Shown in pieces: positions 1-10,928 of a stretch of 35,180 nucleotides of DNA; the stretch's first letter is position 1, and each line of letters opens with the position of its first letter. Under the pieces are notes generated by a model. That model was not told the origin of the DNA, searched no databases, and saw nothing but the letters and a program-made list of their open reading frames with translations. The translations under genes were made by a program, and so were the position numbers. This DNA is from Nemertoderma westbladi (Eukaryota; Animalia; Xenacoelomorpha). The stretch is taken from assembly GCA_032718475.1 (NCBI GenBank), contig JAUCBJ010004754.1, forward strand, positions 1 through 35,180. Direction: 5' to 3'.

Positions 1-1195
1 CTTAACTGCTCCCTCACTGGTTCAACGGGTCGTTAACTTAACTGCTCCCTCACTGGTTCAACGCGTCGTTAACTTAACTGCTCCCTCACTGATCGGGTCG
101 TCAACTTAATTGCTCCCTCACTGGTTCAACTGGTCGTTAACTTAACTGCTCCCTCACTGGTTCAACGGGTCGTTAAATTAACTGCTCCCTCACTGGTTCA
201 ACTGGTCGTTAACTTAACTGCTCCCTCACTGATTGGGTCGTCAACTTAACTTCTCCCTCACTGGTTCAACGGGTCGATAACTTAACTGCTCCCTCACTGG
301 TTCCACGGGTCGTCAACTTAACTGCTCCCTCAGTGGTTCAACGGGTCGATAACTTAACTGCTCCCTCACTGGATCAACGGGTCGATAACTTAACTGCTCC
401 CTCACTGGTTCAACGGGTCGTTAACTTAACTGCTCCCTCACTGGTTCAACGCGTCGTTAACTTAACTGCTCCCTCACTGATCGGGTCGTCAACTTATCTG
501 CTCCCTCACTGATTCAACGGATCGTCAACTTAACTGCTCCCTCACTGGTTCAACGGGTCGTCAACTTAACTGTTCCCTCACTGGTTCAACGGGTCGTCAA
601 CTTAACTGCTCCCTCACTGGTTCTACGGGTCGTTAAATTAACTGCTCCCTCACTGGTTCAGCGGGTCGATAACTTAACTGCTCCCTCACTGGTTCAACGG
701 GTCGTCAACTTAACTGCTCCCTCACTGGTTCAACGGGTCGATAACTTAACTGCTCCCTCACTGATCGGGTCGTCAACTTAACTGCTCCCTCACTGGTTTA
801 ACGGGTCGATAACTTAACTGCTCCCTCACTGGTTTAACTGGTCGTTAACGTAACTGCTCCCTCACTGGTTCAACGGGTCGTTAAATTAACTGCTCCCTCA
901 CTGGTTCAACGGGTCGATAACTTAACTGCTCCCTCACTAGTTCAACGGGTCGTCAACGTAATTGCTCCCTCACTGGTTCAACGGGTCGATAACTTAACTG
1001 CTCCCTCACTGGTTCAACGGGTCGTCAACTTAACTGCTCCCTCACTGGTTCATCGGGTTGATAACTTAACTGCTCCCTCACTGATCGGGTCGTCAACTTA
1101 ACTGCTCCCCCACTGGTTCAACGGGTCGTTAACTTAACTGCTCCCTCACTGGTTCAACGGGTCGTCAACTTAACTGCTCCCTCACTGGTTCAACG
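1..1195 (+). repeat. 36-bp tandem satellite (about 33 units, runs off the window start), consensus CTTAACTGCTCCCTCACTGGTTCAACGGGTCGTTAA
   Basis: Directly visible periodicity. Recurring 32-bp variant units (GGTTCAAC replaced by GATC/GATT) near 91, 231, 479, 763 and 1083. Confidence 0.97.
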
Positions 1196-3374
1196 AGTTG
1201 TTTTACGAGTTTAACGAGTTGTATCGTGATCAGCGACCTTGGAAACCTGTATAGCTTCAGAATTACCAAAGGCAAAACCAAGGCAAAATTTAACACTTTA
1301 TAATTTTGTGCTACTTGTAATTTTCATTCTGGGGCACCAGAATAGCACCAGAATTTGTTTTGCATTTACCAGAAATATTTATGACTAGTTTCATCGTGAT
1401 CAGCGACCTCGAAATCCCACATACCATCAAAATTGTAATTTTTGAGCCAAGATCTATAAAAATTCTAAACCTTCACGGCGAGATATTGCACAGAATTGTT
1501 GTCGTCCACCCGAACTTCTTACAGCATCAAATCGATATATAAGCATCTCCACTAAAAATGATACATCTAATTTATAATGCCATCAGGTCAAGGGTGTTCT
1601 GCCAAGAAGCCGACACATAATTAATTGTTCAAAAGATTCTGCGTTGAAGGCGGCGTAGAACTATTCATTCTACTACTTGGTGTAAATCTATAAGCTCTAA
1701 ATCGATCATTGTGTGTTTCCAATGAGCCTAATCCTGACCCGGTGGATTAATTATTTAGAATAATAGTTTTTGTTGATGTGCCTATCACACATTTACCATT
1801 AACTTATCCCACGTTAGTTCATCGTGACTTGGGCACCGTTCAAGTGAAAATTTGGTTATAATCATACTCAACAGATTCCTACAAAATGTAAATCGCAGTG
1901 TCAGTATGTTACATTTATTTGTTCTTATGGTCTCCTTCAAACGATAGAATTTTAGTCAATAGTCTCACTGTGGTGTATTGAAGAGTCTCAACACAATGTA
2001 CTGCAGTGCTGTCATCATTACGTCTTTCATTATGGCATTCCTTGCAAACCTCCACCGGCTCTTCCACTGAACCCTGAACACGCTTCCAACTGTTGGGTTC
2101 AAGTAATGAGAGTTCAGTGCAGCTCAGTGCCAAAGAATGTTACACACATGGAGTATTAATTAACATCAGGAGACCTGACGAGAATTTCTCTAGTTTTAAG
2201 AATAGTCTAGTAGGGGTAGTGGGGGTACTCTAGAACGCCTTGGAATCAACAATGGCGGACAGTTTTTTGTGTAATTTGAGTAATATTGTTTGGTAATAAT
2301 ATGAAGAAGTACAATAATATTATTGAGGTATATTTATTAGTCACTATTATTTTATATTTCCTTTAAAACATTTGCTAAGTTTACTGAATACTGTGTTCCC
2401 TTTGGGCTGCGTTGTTATATTTTGCCTCACAATTTGTAGTTCAGTAATAATAACAATAAAAAAGTTAGATTTGTGTTTGGTTAGGATCCTCTGGGTTGGA
2501 GAAATATTCGTAAGATTAAATATCCCACACTAAAGGTTCCTTAGGGAATCTTAATGCGCTAATAAAATATAATATCTTCTTATGAATAGTTTAATATCTC
2601 GTATTTATTAAATATTACTTCGTTGCCAGAATAATATTAAATGATTACTATAGACAAAATAACCGAACATTGATGCTAATTGCTGTAGAGTTTCATTGGA
2701 TGAATTTTGTTGATACTACTGTATATGAACATAATATTCCTCATATAATCTTTACATTATTCAATTAAGATTCGAATCTTAGCCGCCTAGGCTTACCATT
2801 AATTTATTCAAACAATAATTACTTGTGTTGTTATGTTGTGAAGTAAATTACATGCAGAAAAATTATTACTGTTTTCTTCAATGGCATAAAATCTTGCAAT
2901 ATATGTCATAGTAGCCTACACACATACTAATTAACAGGTCTTAAGATTTTAGATAGTGATCCCACTTCATTGCGCTACTTAAAAATAATAAAGGAGACTT
3001 TTAGATCCCGGGGACTTTAGGCAGTAGTACACAATGCATTGGGTAAGTGGTGTGTGAGGTTGTTTTTATGTTAGGGTTTGTAGACTTAGAACAAACCATA
3101 ATTAAAATTGTCCTGTAATTGGCATTTATTGCCATAAATAACTTAAAATGGTAACTAAGTTATATTAATTGTATACATAGTTTAATCTACGCATGCACTC
3201 TCCTGTTAATCTCCCGTTTAAGTACATTCTATTTGTGGAAATTCCGAATAAGTAAATATACTATTCCTCAGGCAGAACTTGTAACCCCACCAGCTGTTGT
3301 GGGGAGGTGTCTGGGTTGCCTAATGCTGAGTTGTGGTGTCTGGTTCACCTGTTGTTGGGAGGTGTCTGATTTGG

Positions 3375-3540
3375 TGTTGAACCAGTGAGGGAGCCATTAA
3401 GCTCGCATCCCGTTGAACCAGCGTGGGATAAGTTAAGCTCGGATCCCGTTGAACAAGCTTGGGAGCAGTTAAGCACATGTTCCGTTGAACTAATGTGGGA
3501 GCAGTTAAACTCACATCCCGTTGAACTAATGTGGGAGCAA
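3375..3540 (-). repeat. Diverged copies (about 5) of the same 36-bp unit in the opposite orientation
   Basis: GTTGAACCAGTGAGGGAGC, CCGTTGAAC and GGGAGCAGTTAA are reverse complements of the satellite unit. ORF 3320-3568 reads the same LTAPxLVQR 12-aa periodicity. Two more degenerate units lie near 4108-4165. Confidence 0.85.
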
Positions 3541-4445
3541 GTCTGTTTTTTTGTAATTTTTCATTCAAAAAATGGGAAAATATTATTAAATTAAGAAAAT
3601 TGCTTGAAATTGAAGCTTATGAAATTACCTTTCATATAAAGCTAAAATGGCAAAAAACGGCAAAAAAGTAATATTTTTCGTGCGAAAAATATTATTCTGA
3701 GATAAGCGCCTTCAAATTTCAAACCTCCCCGCGCAAAACTACCTGTATGGGGTCTGGTTGGTTAATAATGTCTGACAGGAAGGAAGCACACCACCAAGCT
3801 AAAATTTTATTAATGGGAGTTTTCGGGGTCGCTGATTTCATTTCCGATGTCAGTTTTAATATTTGGTGGAATGTAGTCTGTCCGTCTGTCGGTTGTCTAT
3901 CTGTCGTTCTTACATTTTGACAGGCAGATTGGCAGACAGATTTTCCACGATAACTCGAGAACTAAAATAGATCTCTCTAAGTAGTTTTCAGATTTGAAAT
4001 CTCCATTGAATTCTGCTCTTTATGCAATAAAAACAAATCTCTAACATTTTTAGCGAGGGGGAAGGGGGGGGGGGGGGGGGGGGCTACCCCACCTTAAGTT
4101 GACTAACGATTGAACCAGAGTGGAGAAGTTATGCTAACGTGCCGTTGAACAAATTGAAGGAGCCGGCTGAGCTCGAGTGTCGTATTTTTTTTGGTTTGAA
4201 CATTTAATATTAATTTATTACCAAGCCAGGGAAAAGAACCGGTTTACAAAAGTGGGAATTTAACCAATTGAATAAACGATATCGTTATTCGACATACAGT
4301 ATATGATGGGAAAGGAGTGTGTGAATTAGCGAACGAAGCAGGTGTCAGCAGCTTCAGTAAGCTCTTTACTAGCATATTCTGATAGGGCAGAATAGGGCAG
4401 AACGCGTCGGAGACCCAAACATGCACATACGAAATAAGCATTATT

Positions 4446-4850
4446 ACTAGTATATATAATATTACGGCTGCATTGCAGCTGCACATTGAGATGCTATTGG
4501 CTTAACAAAATAATTTGTGCCACCACAATGCAATCCACAAACGACATGCTGTAATGCAGCGTGCAATAAGAGGGCTACGTAGGCTTCACGAGAAAATTGC
4601 GCCGCCACAACTCCTTATCCCCCATGATTTTCGCGAGATTATCCGCATCTTCAAGGCCAGTATCCTTTAGGAGACGGCTTAAGAGGTTGCCATCCAGATA
4701 TTTGGTGTCCTCAGCAGTTAAACCAAGCATGGACTCCCATAGGATTATTGGTTCTACTCTAAATAATCGATCCTTAATTTTCCGACGCATTTTATGTGAA
4801 TTACAAATCCTGGACAACCCATTAAATGCAGCCCGTGCCTTACCTTACTT
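4446..4850 (-). mobile_element. Old, internally deleted RTE-like LINE 3' fragment, same family as 8020-9583
   Basis: Translation LTAEDTKYLDG and LKDTGLEDADNLAKIMGDKELWRRNF matches the C-terminus of ORF 8062-9600. The 3' UTR motif GCTGCATTGCAGCTGCA is at about 4467. Confidence 0.85.
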
Positions 4851-5472
4851 TTTCGAAGGTCATCAAAATAAGCATTACTTTAGATTGGAAACTGAAAACA
4901 TATTTTACCAAAAGTATATGAAACGTGTCATCAAATATATAGGAATATCAGATATATTCAAGTATACATGATTGATCCAATAATTTATCAATATGTAATG
5001 ATGATATATAATCAATGCACTAACAATTCACCAAATTTAAATTTTGAGTGATTACAATTAAAGTATGGTAGTAGTGAGTGGTACATCATTTAGGTAGAAA
5101 AACTCATTGTTTCCATGATGAGCTTCTAAATCCGAAAACAGCTTCTCAATAGCTCTTTTATTATTCGAGCTAAGAAATTTTCCATTTGTGAAACATATTG
5201 AAATTACTATTAATGCATATAACGACAATTGAGATATCTTGAAATATTTATTTGTAAAATTGACCACTGTACAATCAAAATTATACCCAAAACCGACAAC
5301 GTTTGAAATGCTGTGAGTGCTAAATATAAGAGTTGTCCAAAAGTAGGCCTTCAGAGATCAGAGATTACAAACTGATTTACTATAATTTATTTAAAACGTG
5401 ATTATAGCCAAATACGTCATGTTCCTCAAAATAATATTATTTATTTGATAAGTTTCTTGTGAAATTTGCAAA

Positions 5473-6495
5473 ATGAGTGAGGAACTCTCTGATAGTATTT
5501 GGGTGGAAGAAATTAATGAAAAAGCCAATCAGGATTTTACAGATAAACAGACCTGTTTTGTCGACGGATTTGTTAGATTTAAACCCAGTGGACAGATACT
5601 GCCTAGAAGCATGATATCGCTTCAAAAGGGGTTGTATGCGTGGCCTGTGAAAGAGGACGATATATTTGTATGTTCCTTTCCTAAATGTGGTTCAACTTGG
5701 AGTCAAGAAATGATTTGGAACGTTATGAATGACGCTGACACAGATGCCGCTAAGCAGACGAATCTTCTAATTAGAGTACCGTACTTGGAGATGTCTGGAA
5801 TACTTGGCGCATTCGGAGACTTCTCTGAGTACTACAGATATCTCAAATGCGACGATGATGCCAGAATGTTCTCTTCATCGCTGGATCAAGCTGCTTCACA
5901 ACCATCTCCTCGGATCATAAAGACGCATCTTTCAGTCGATATGCTACCCTACCAATTCCACGAGAAGCATCCCAAAATGGTTTATGTTGCTCGAAACCCC
6001 CGAGATACATGCGTTTCTTTTTATCACCACTGGAAAATCTACCACGGCTACACAGGTTCTTGGGACATATTCTTTGACGCTTTCGTGGGAGATGTTTGTG
6101 GATTACACACTCCTTTCTTTCAGCATGTCCTTGGGTACTGGCGAATCCGAGACAGAAAAAACGTCTTGTTTATTACCTACGAAGACATGAAACAGGATCT
6201 AACCGGGATAATTAAAAAGACGGCAAACTTCTTAGGTAAACGATTGTCAGATGACCAAGTTAGGAAACTAGTTAGTCATCTCTCATTTGACAGCATGAAG
6301 GCCAATAAATCTGTGAATAATGAAGGCGATATTGCTGATGTGAAAAAGGCGCTTGGAACAGAAGCTACGGATTTCATTAGGAAAGGGAAAATTGGGGATT
6401 GGAAAAATTACATGAGCCAAAAACAAATCGAAAGAATGAGGGAATGGGAGGAGATGAATTTGAGAGACACGGGCTTGGAGTTTATTTATAACTAG
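5473..6495 (+). CDS. Cytosolic (SULT1-like) PAPS-dependent sulfotransferase, 340 aa, single coding exon
   Basis: 5'-PSB loop FPKCGSTW, IKTHL, 3'-PB motif RNPRDTCVSFYHH, YEDMKQD, and C-terminal RKGKIGDWKNY (GxxGxxK). CAAAATG start context. Confidence 0.95.
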   Translation: MSEELSDSIWVEEINEKANQDFTDKQTCFVDGFVRFKPSGQILPRSMISLQKGLYAWPVKEDDIFVCSFPKCGSTWSQEMIWNVMNDADTDAAKQTNLLIRVPYLEMSGILGAFGDFSEYYRYLKCDDDARMFSSSLDQAASQPSPRIIKTHLSVDMLPYQFHEKHPKMVYVARNPRDTCVSFYHHWKIYHGYTGSWDIFFDAFVGDVCGLHTPFFQHVLGYWRIRDRKNVLFITYEDMKQDLTGIIKKTANFLGKRLSDDQVRKLVSHLSFDSMKANKSVNNEGDIADVKKALGTEATDFIRKGKIGDWKNYMSQKQIERMREWEEMNLRDTGLEFIYN

Positions 6496-6610
6496 TTCTA
6501 CTGTAGATTCAAACAATTGTATTTATAACTAGTTCTACTGTAGATTCAAACAATTGTATTTATAACTAGTTCTACTGTAGATTGAAACAATTGTATTTAT
6601 AACTAGTTCT
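6483..6610 (+). repeat. 37-bp tandem repeat (about 3.5 copies) overlapping the sulfotransferase stop codon
   Basis: TATTTATAACTAGTTCTACTGTAGATTCAAACAATTG starting at 6483, 6520, 6557 and 6594. Confidence 0.95.
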
Positions 6611-8019
6611 AGACTCATATATTAATTTTATTTTTATATTCTATTGTGGATTCTATTCTATTAACTTTAAATGAATTTTTCTTATCTCTAGAATTGTAAA
6701 CCCTTTAAGCATTAGAATTAAAAGCAACGTATCTTAAAAACAAATTTAAAATATTTTTAATATTTTCTAATAATTTTTAATTCTAACCATAGCAACAGAG
6801 CTTAGCGGTTCGCCTTCCACTCCGACTCCACTCACACCTACCACTACCATCACACTACAGCACCTCTAAAAACTAACCAGCTAACCATGGCGTTTACCGG
6901 CACCCTAAAGCCCCCTAAACTCGTACCTCTCGACCAGAGCGAGTCCATCAACTCCTTCGAGGTGTGGCGCTACTCCCTTGCCTAACTTGACCTACTCCCT
7001 TGCGCTCCAGCCACACTTTCACGCCCTCACCACCCCTGGCGCTACGTGGTTGCGTCACTCTCGCGCTATCCCCCTCCGCGTTTCACTGATGACCCAGATG
7101 CAGTTGTTGCTGCTTCTCGCCACACCACCATACGAAAGATTGCCAACCTTGAGTTGATGCTCGGCCAGGTGGCGAACTACGCCCCCATAATCGCCAGGAG
7201 TTCTATAATAAGTGACTCCAATTCCCTCCTGTCCATATAGAAGGCAATCCGCCTCCATTATGGCTCCCAGGCCACCGGTGGAGACTTCCTCTCATTCAGC
7301 GAGATAGCCCTCCAGCACGAGGAACGTCCAGAGGACTTATTCCAACGCCTCTCCGCCTTCATTGACAATAACCTTGATGGATGGAGGCATTTCCCACCAC
7401 GGCCTTACTTCCTGACGAGGACGAGAAACTCTCCCCATCCCTCGAAAACTTCGTCGTCCTAATCTGGCTACGACTGATCCATCCAGATCTTCCCCGCCTC
7501 GTCCAGCAAAGGTACGGTACCGAACTCCATTCCCGCACATTGGCCAGCATTAAACCCGAGGTATCTCAAGCTCTCACATCACTTCTAGACGAGTTTACAC
7601 TCCTCGGCCGAGGTTCGTACCTTTCGCACCCATACTCAGAAGCTGTTCTGGCCATCAGTACCTCCTGCCTCTGGTCCCTCCTGGACAACTCGCCAGTGCC
7701 CGTTGTGCAGCCATACAAAGCGTGGGTCTACCAACCACTTCCCCAGTGCTTGTCCATTCCATCCACCTGTCGATAAGCGGTTCATTTCCCGGGCCTGTCT
7801 GGTCCACATCGACGGAGACGAGTTCTTCGCGGAAGCTGTCGTCACTGATTTTGCTCCTGATCCGATACCGGAATCCTATCCTACGATCAACATTGTTGCT
7901 GTCAGCCCCAGCCCCTCGTTCACCACTTAAACCAGAAACATGTCCGCGTTCTCCTTGATTGCGGTGCCGAATCCAACTTAAGCTCTCATGAATCCACAAT
8001 GCTGCTTGGCGTACCGATA

Positions 8020-9583
8020 CTACTACTACTAGGATCGGCATGCTGCATTGCAGCTGCATTTTTAAGAATGCTGTGCCGGCTTGTCAACAAAATTGCACCG
8101 CCACAACTCCCTATCACCCATGACATTTGCTAGATCATCCGCATCTTTAAGGCCAGTGTCCTTTAAGATGCGTCTCAAGAAAGTCATGGGCTGTCCACCA
8201 TGCTTATTCACTCCATGAGGCTGCCAAAGTACAAGATTATGCACTGGCTGGTCCTCACGGCGAAAGCAATGTCCTGCAAAGCGGAGGCGATTTTGTTGTA
8301 GTGTCAAGCTTGGGGGAACCAATGAGACACCTCCAATGTTATATAGTGTCTGGTTGGAGATGTGTGCATTGTACTTGACACAATGTACCCGGCGTAGCAT
8401 TCTTGTGAATGTGCCATCCAGAGATTTGGTGTCCTCAGCAGTTAGAGCCCAGCATGGACTCCCGTAGAGGAGTACTGGAACTACTGCTGCTCTAAATAAT
8501 CGGACCTTAAGTTTCCGATTAATTCTAGGTGACTTCCAAATCCTGGAAAGCCTATTCAAGGCTGCCCATGCCTTTCCCTTACGTATTCGAAGGTCCTCAC
8601 CTGACTTCCGGATCCATGATCCCAGGTAACAGAAGTCGTCCACATGCTCAAGCATACCATCCTTTGAGCTTATGCTCATCCGATCAGAGACTTGCTGAGG
8701 ACTTTCAAAGTTAACTGTCAGAATTTTGGTCTTTCTGGAGTTAATAAAAAGACCAACACTAGAAGCAGCATGTTCTAATGAGCTGAGGAGCCGCTGGGCT
8801 CCCTCTAATGATTCTGAGAGTACTCCTAAGTCATCAGCAAAGTCTAGATCAGTTAGGTACTTGGCAGGATTTCCTCGACTTCTGGAGCCAGTAGGTGGAG
8901 TTATCATCACCCCATCATCATTATGATGATCTAAGGACATGCGTAGAACATAGTCAACCACAATAATGAACAAGAATGGTGCAAGTGTGTCTCCTTGGAG
9001 GACGCCCCATAACACTTCAAATGGTTCTGTGTCACCGTCAACAGTAGACACAAATGTTGTCGAACCATCATATACTGATCTGATTGCTGCAATAATTTCA
9101 TCAGGAATCCCATATAATGAAAGTATGCTGAACATACGTGAGCGAGAGACTGAATCAAAGGCCTTGAAGAAGTCAACAAAGATAACAGCCAGATGCCTGT
9201 CTTTCTTTTTTGATAACTCTTCAATTATCCTTCTAAGTGCCAAAATGGGCTCCATGGTCCCACGACCTTTACGGAACCCATTCTGATTTCCACGTAGCAG
9301 TCTCTCAATGGGATCCCTGATGCGATTTAATAGAATTCTATTGTATAGTTTTGCAGCAATCGAGATCAATGAGATTCCCCGAAAAGAACCATAGAGTGTT
9401 AGGTTGCCCTTCTTGGGAACTGGCACCAACTTATTTGTTTTCATTTCTTGTGGGACTCTTGTTGTACGGTACATGTCTACTATGATGGGATAGATGAGCT
9501 TTAAACACTCAGGTATTTTAAAGACCTCAGGGGGAACACCATCTACTCCACTGGCACGATTGGTCTTAATGCTCTTTGCAGCA
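8020..9583 (-). mobile_element. 5'-truncated RTE-like non-LTR retrotransposon, copy 1, with (TAG)n tail and 11-bp TSD
   Basis: TSD GCGTACCGATA at 8009-8019 and 9584-9594. CTACTACTACTAG tail. RT reading frame is open. Confidence 0.93.
8062..9583 (-). CDS. Non-LTR reverse transcriptase (RTE-like), N-terminally truncated, no endonuclease
   Basis: Motifs FRGISL, QNGFRKGR, FVDFFKAFDSV, GVLQGDTLAPFLF, DFADD, FCYLGS, RLRFAGH. The track's start at 9600 reads through the TSD into flanking DNA. Confidence 0.92.
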
Positions 9584-10235
9584 GCGTACCGATAACCCAC
9601 GGATCACTTCAGGTTCCTACCACCTCTGATAGCTCATCTATGGGCAAAGTTGTTGGTGACACGTACTTTGACCTTTCGTACGACGGCCTTAAACTCTCGT
9701 TCCGCAGTTTCGTTGTTGACAGCCTCAGCGTTCCCCTACTCCCCTGCATGCTGTTCCTCACAACGAATGATGTCACCATCCGCCCCATGCAATCTATGGT
9801 TTCTTTCTACGATGGCCGATCCATCCGGTGTCCATCTGTAAGTCCTACCCAACCTGCAGTCCACTCAATTCAAGTTCTCCGTGCCCCAACACAGTCTTCC
9901 ATCGTGTTACCAGGTGATTAATCTCACATTAACCATTCCCTCCCACCTGTCAGATGCTCAAGCCCTCCTAATCTCCCCCACACACCCCGCGCCCAGTTTT
10001 GTGACCACACCTCCCATCCGTGTTTTTCCCCCTTGGAGCTCCAACCCAGTAACTGCTTAATCTCCATCCCCATTTCTTCCCCCAATTCTGTCTTCATAGA
10101 GTGCAACTCCCACGTGTGCAGTGCACTCTCTACTGCAGTCGCTCCCACTGCTTTACCCTCCCAGTATCTTCCATGCCCTGAAATCCGTTCCGTAGCCTTA
10201 GACCCCCCCCCCCCCCCACCCTGCCTCTCCGATTC

Positions 10236-10239
<4 letters not shown>

Positions 10240-10266
<27 letters not shown>

Positions 10267-10928
10267 TTATTTATAACGCGCCTTTTAAGGGCAATAAATC
10301 AAGGCGCAGGTACGCGTACACAATTAGTTAATTACGTATTCTAACGAAAAGTAGTGTGTTTTCAGCCGCGACTTAAACAATTCCACGGTGTGTGCACTGC
10401 GGACCGAATAAGGGAGAGCGTTCCATAAACGGGGCCCGGCAACTGAGAGAGCCCGCCTCCCGTAACTTTCTAGCCGATAACGAGGCGCAACCAGAGTTAG
10501 TTCATCATCACCTGAACGCAGAGAACGATGAGGAATGTACCGGGTCAGCAAATTCTTTAAATAGCTCGGAGCGTAGCCATTGATACACTTATATACTATA
10601 AGTACAATCTTAAAGTCAATGCGTCGCAATACAGGCAACCAGTGGAGATATTTGAGCACAGGTTTAATATGTTCTCGTTTCTTTGTGCCTGTTAGTAGGC
10701 GCGCCGCAGAGTTCTGGACATATTGTACAGTAGTTTGTTTATATATTTGTCTGGCAATCCCTAATATAACGAATTGTTATTGTCTAAAGAGCTGGTGATA
10801 AATGCGTGGATTAGCGTTTCGAGGTCATGTTTTGCTAAACACCGCCGTATTTTTGATAGATTTCGGATGTGGAAAAACGCACTGCGAACAGTTAGAGATA
10901 TTTGTTTACTGAACGTCATATAATGATC
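10240..10928 (-). mobile_element. 5'-truncated L2-like LINE fragment with (ATT)n tail
   Basis: Translations SAFFHIRNLSKIR, LHWLPVLRRIDFKI and GRRALSVAGPRLWNALP...FKSRLKTHYF are typical L2 ORF2 C-termini. 3' hairpin GCGCCTT...AAGGCGC precedes the AAT run at 10240-10266. Possible TSD CATAT at 10235-10239 and 10929-10933. Confidence 0.9.

Noticed and set aside
1-1195. CRISPR array (36-bp repeat length)
   Set aside because: Units are head-to-tail with no unique spacers, there are no cas genes, and the context is eukaryotic.
3320-3594. Repeat-protein ORFs (LTAPTLVQR / PVEPAWEQL)
   Set aside because: By-products of a 36-bp repeat; related arrays are frameshifted by 32-bp units.
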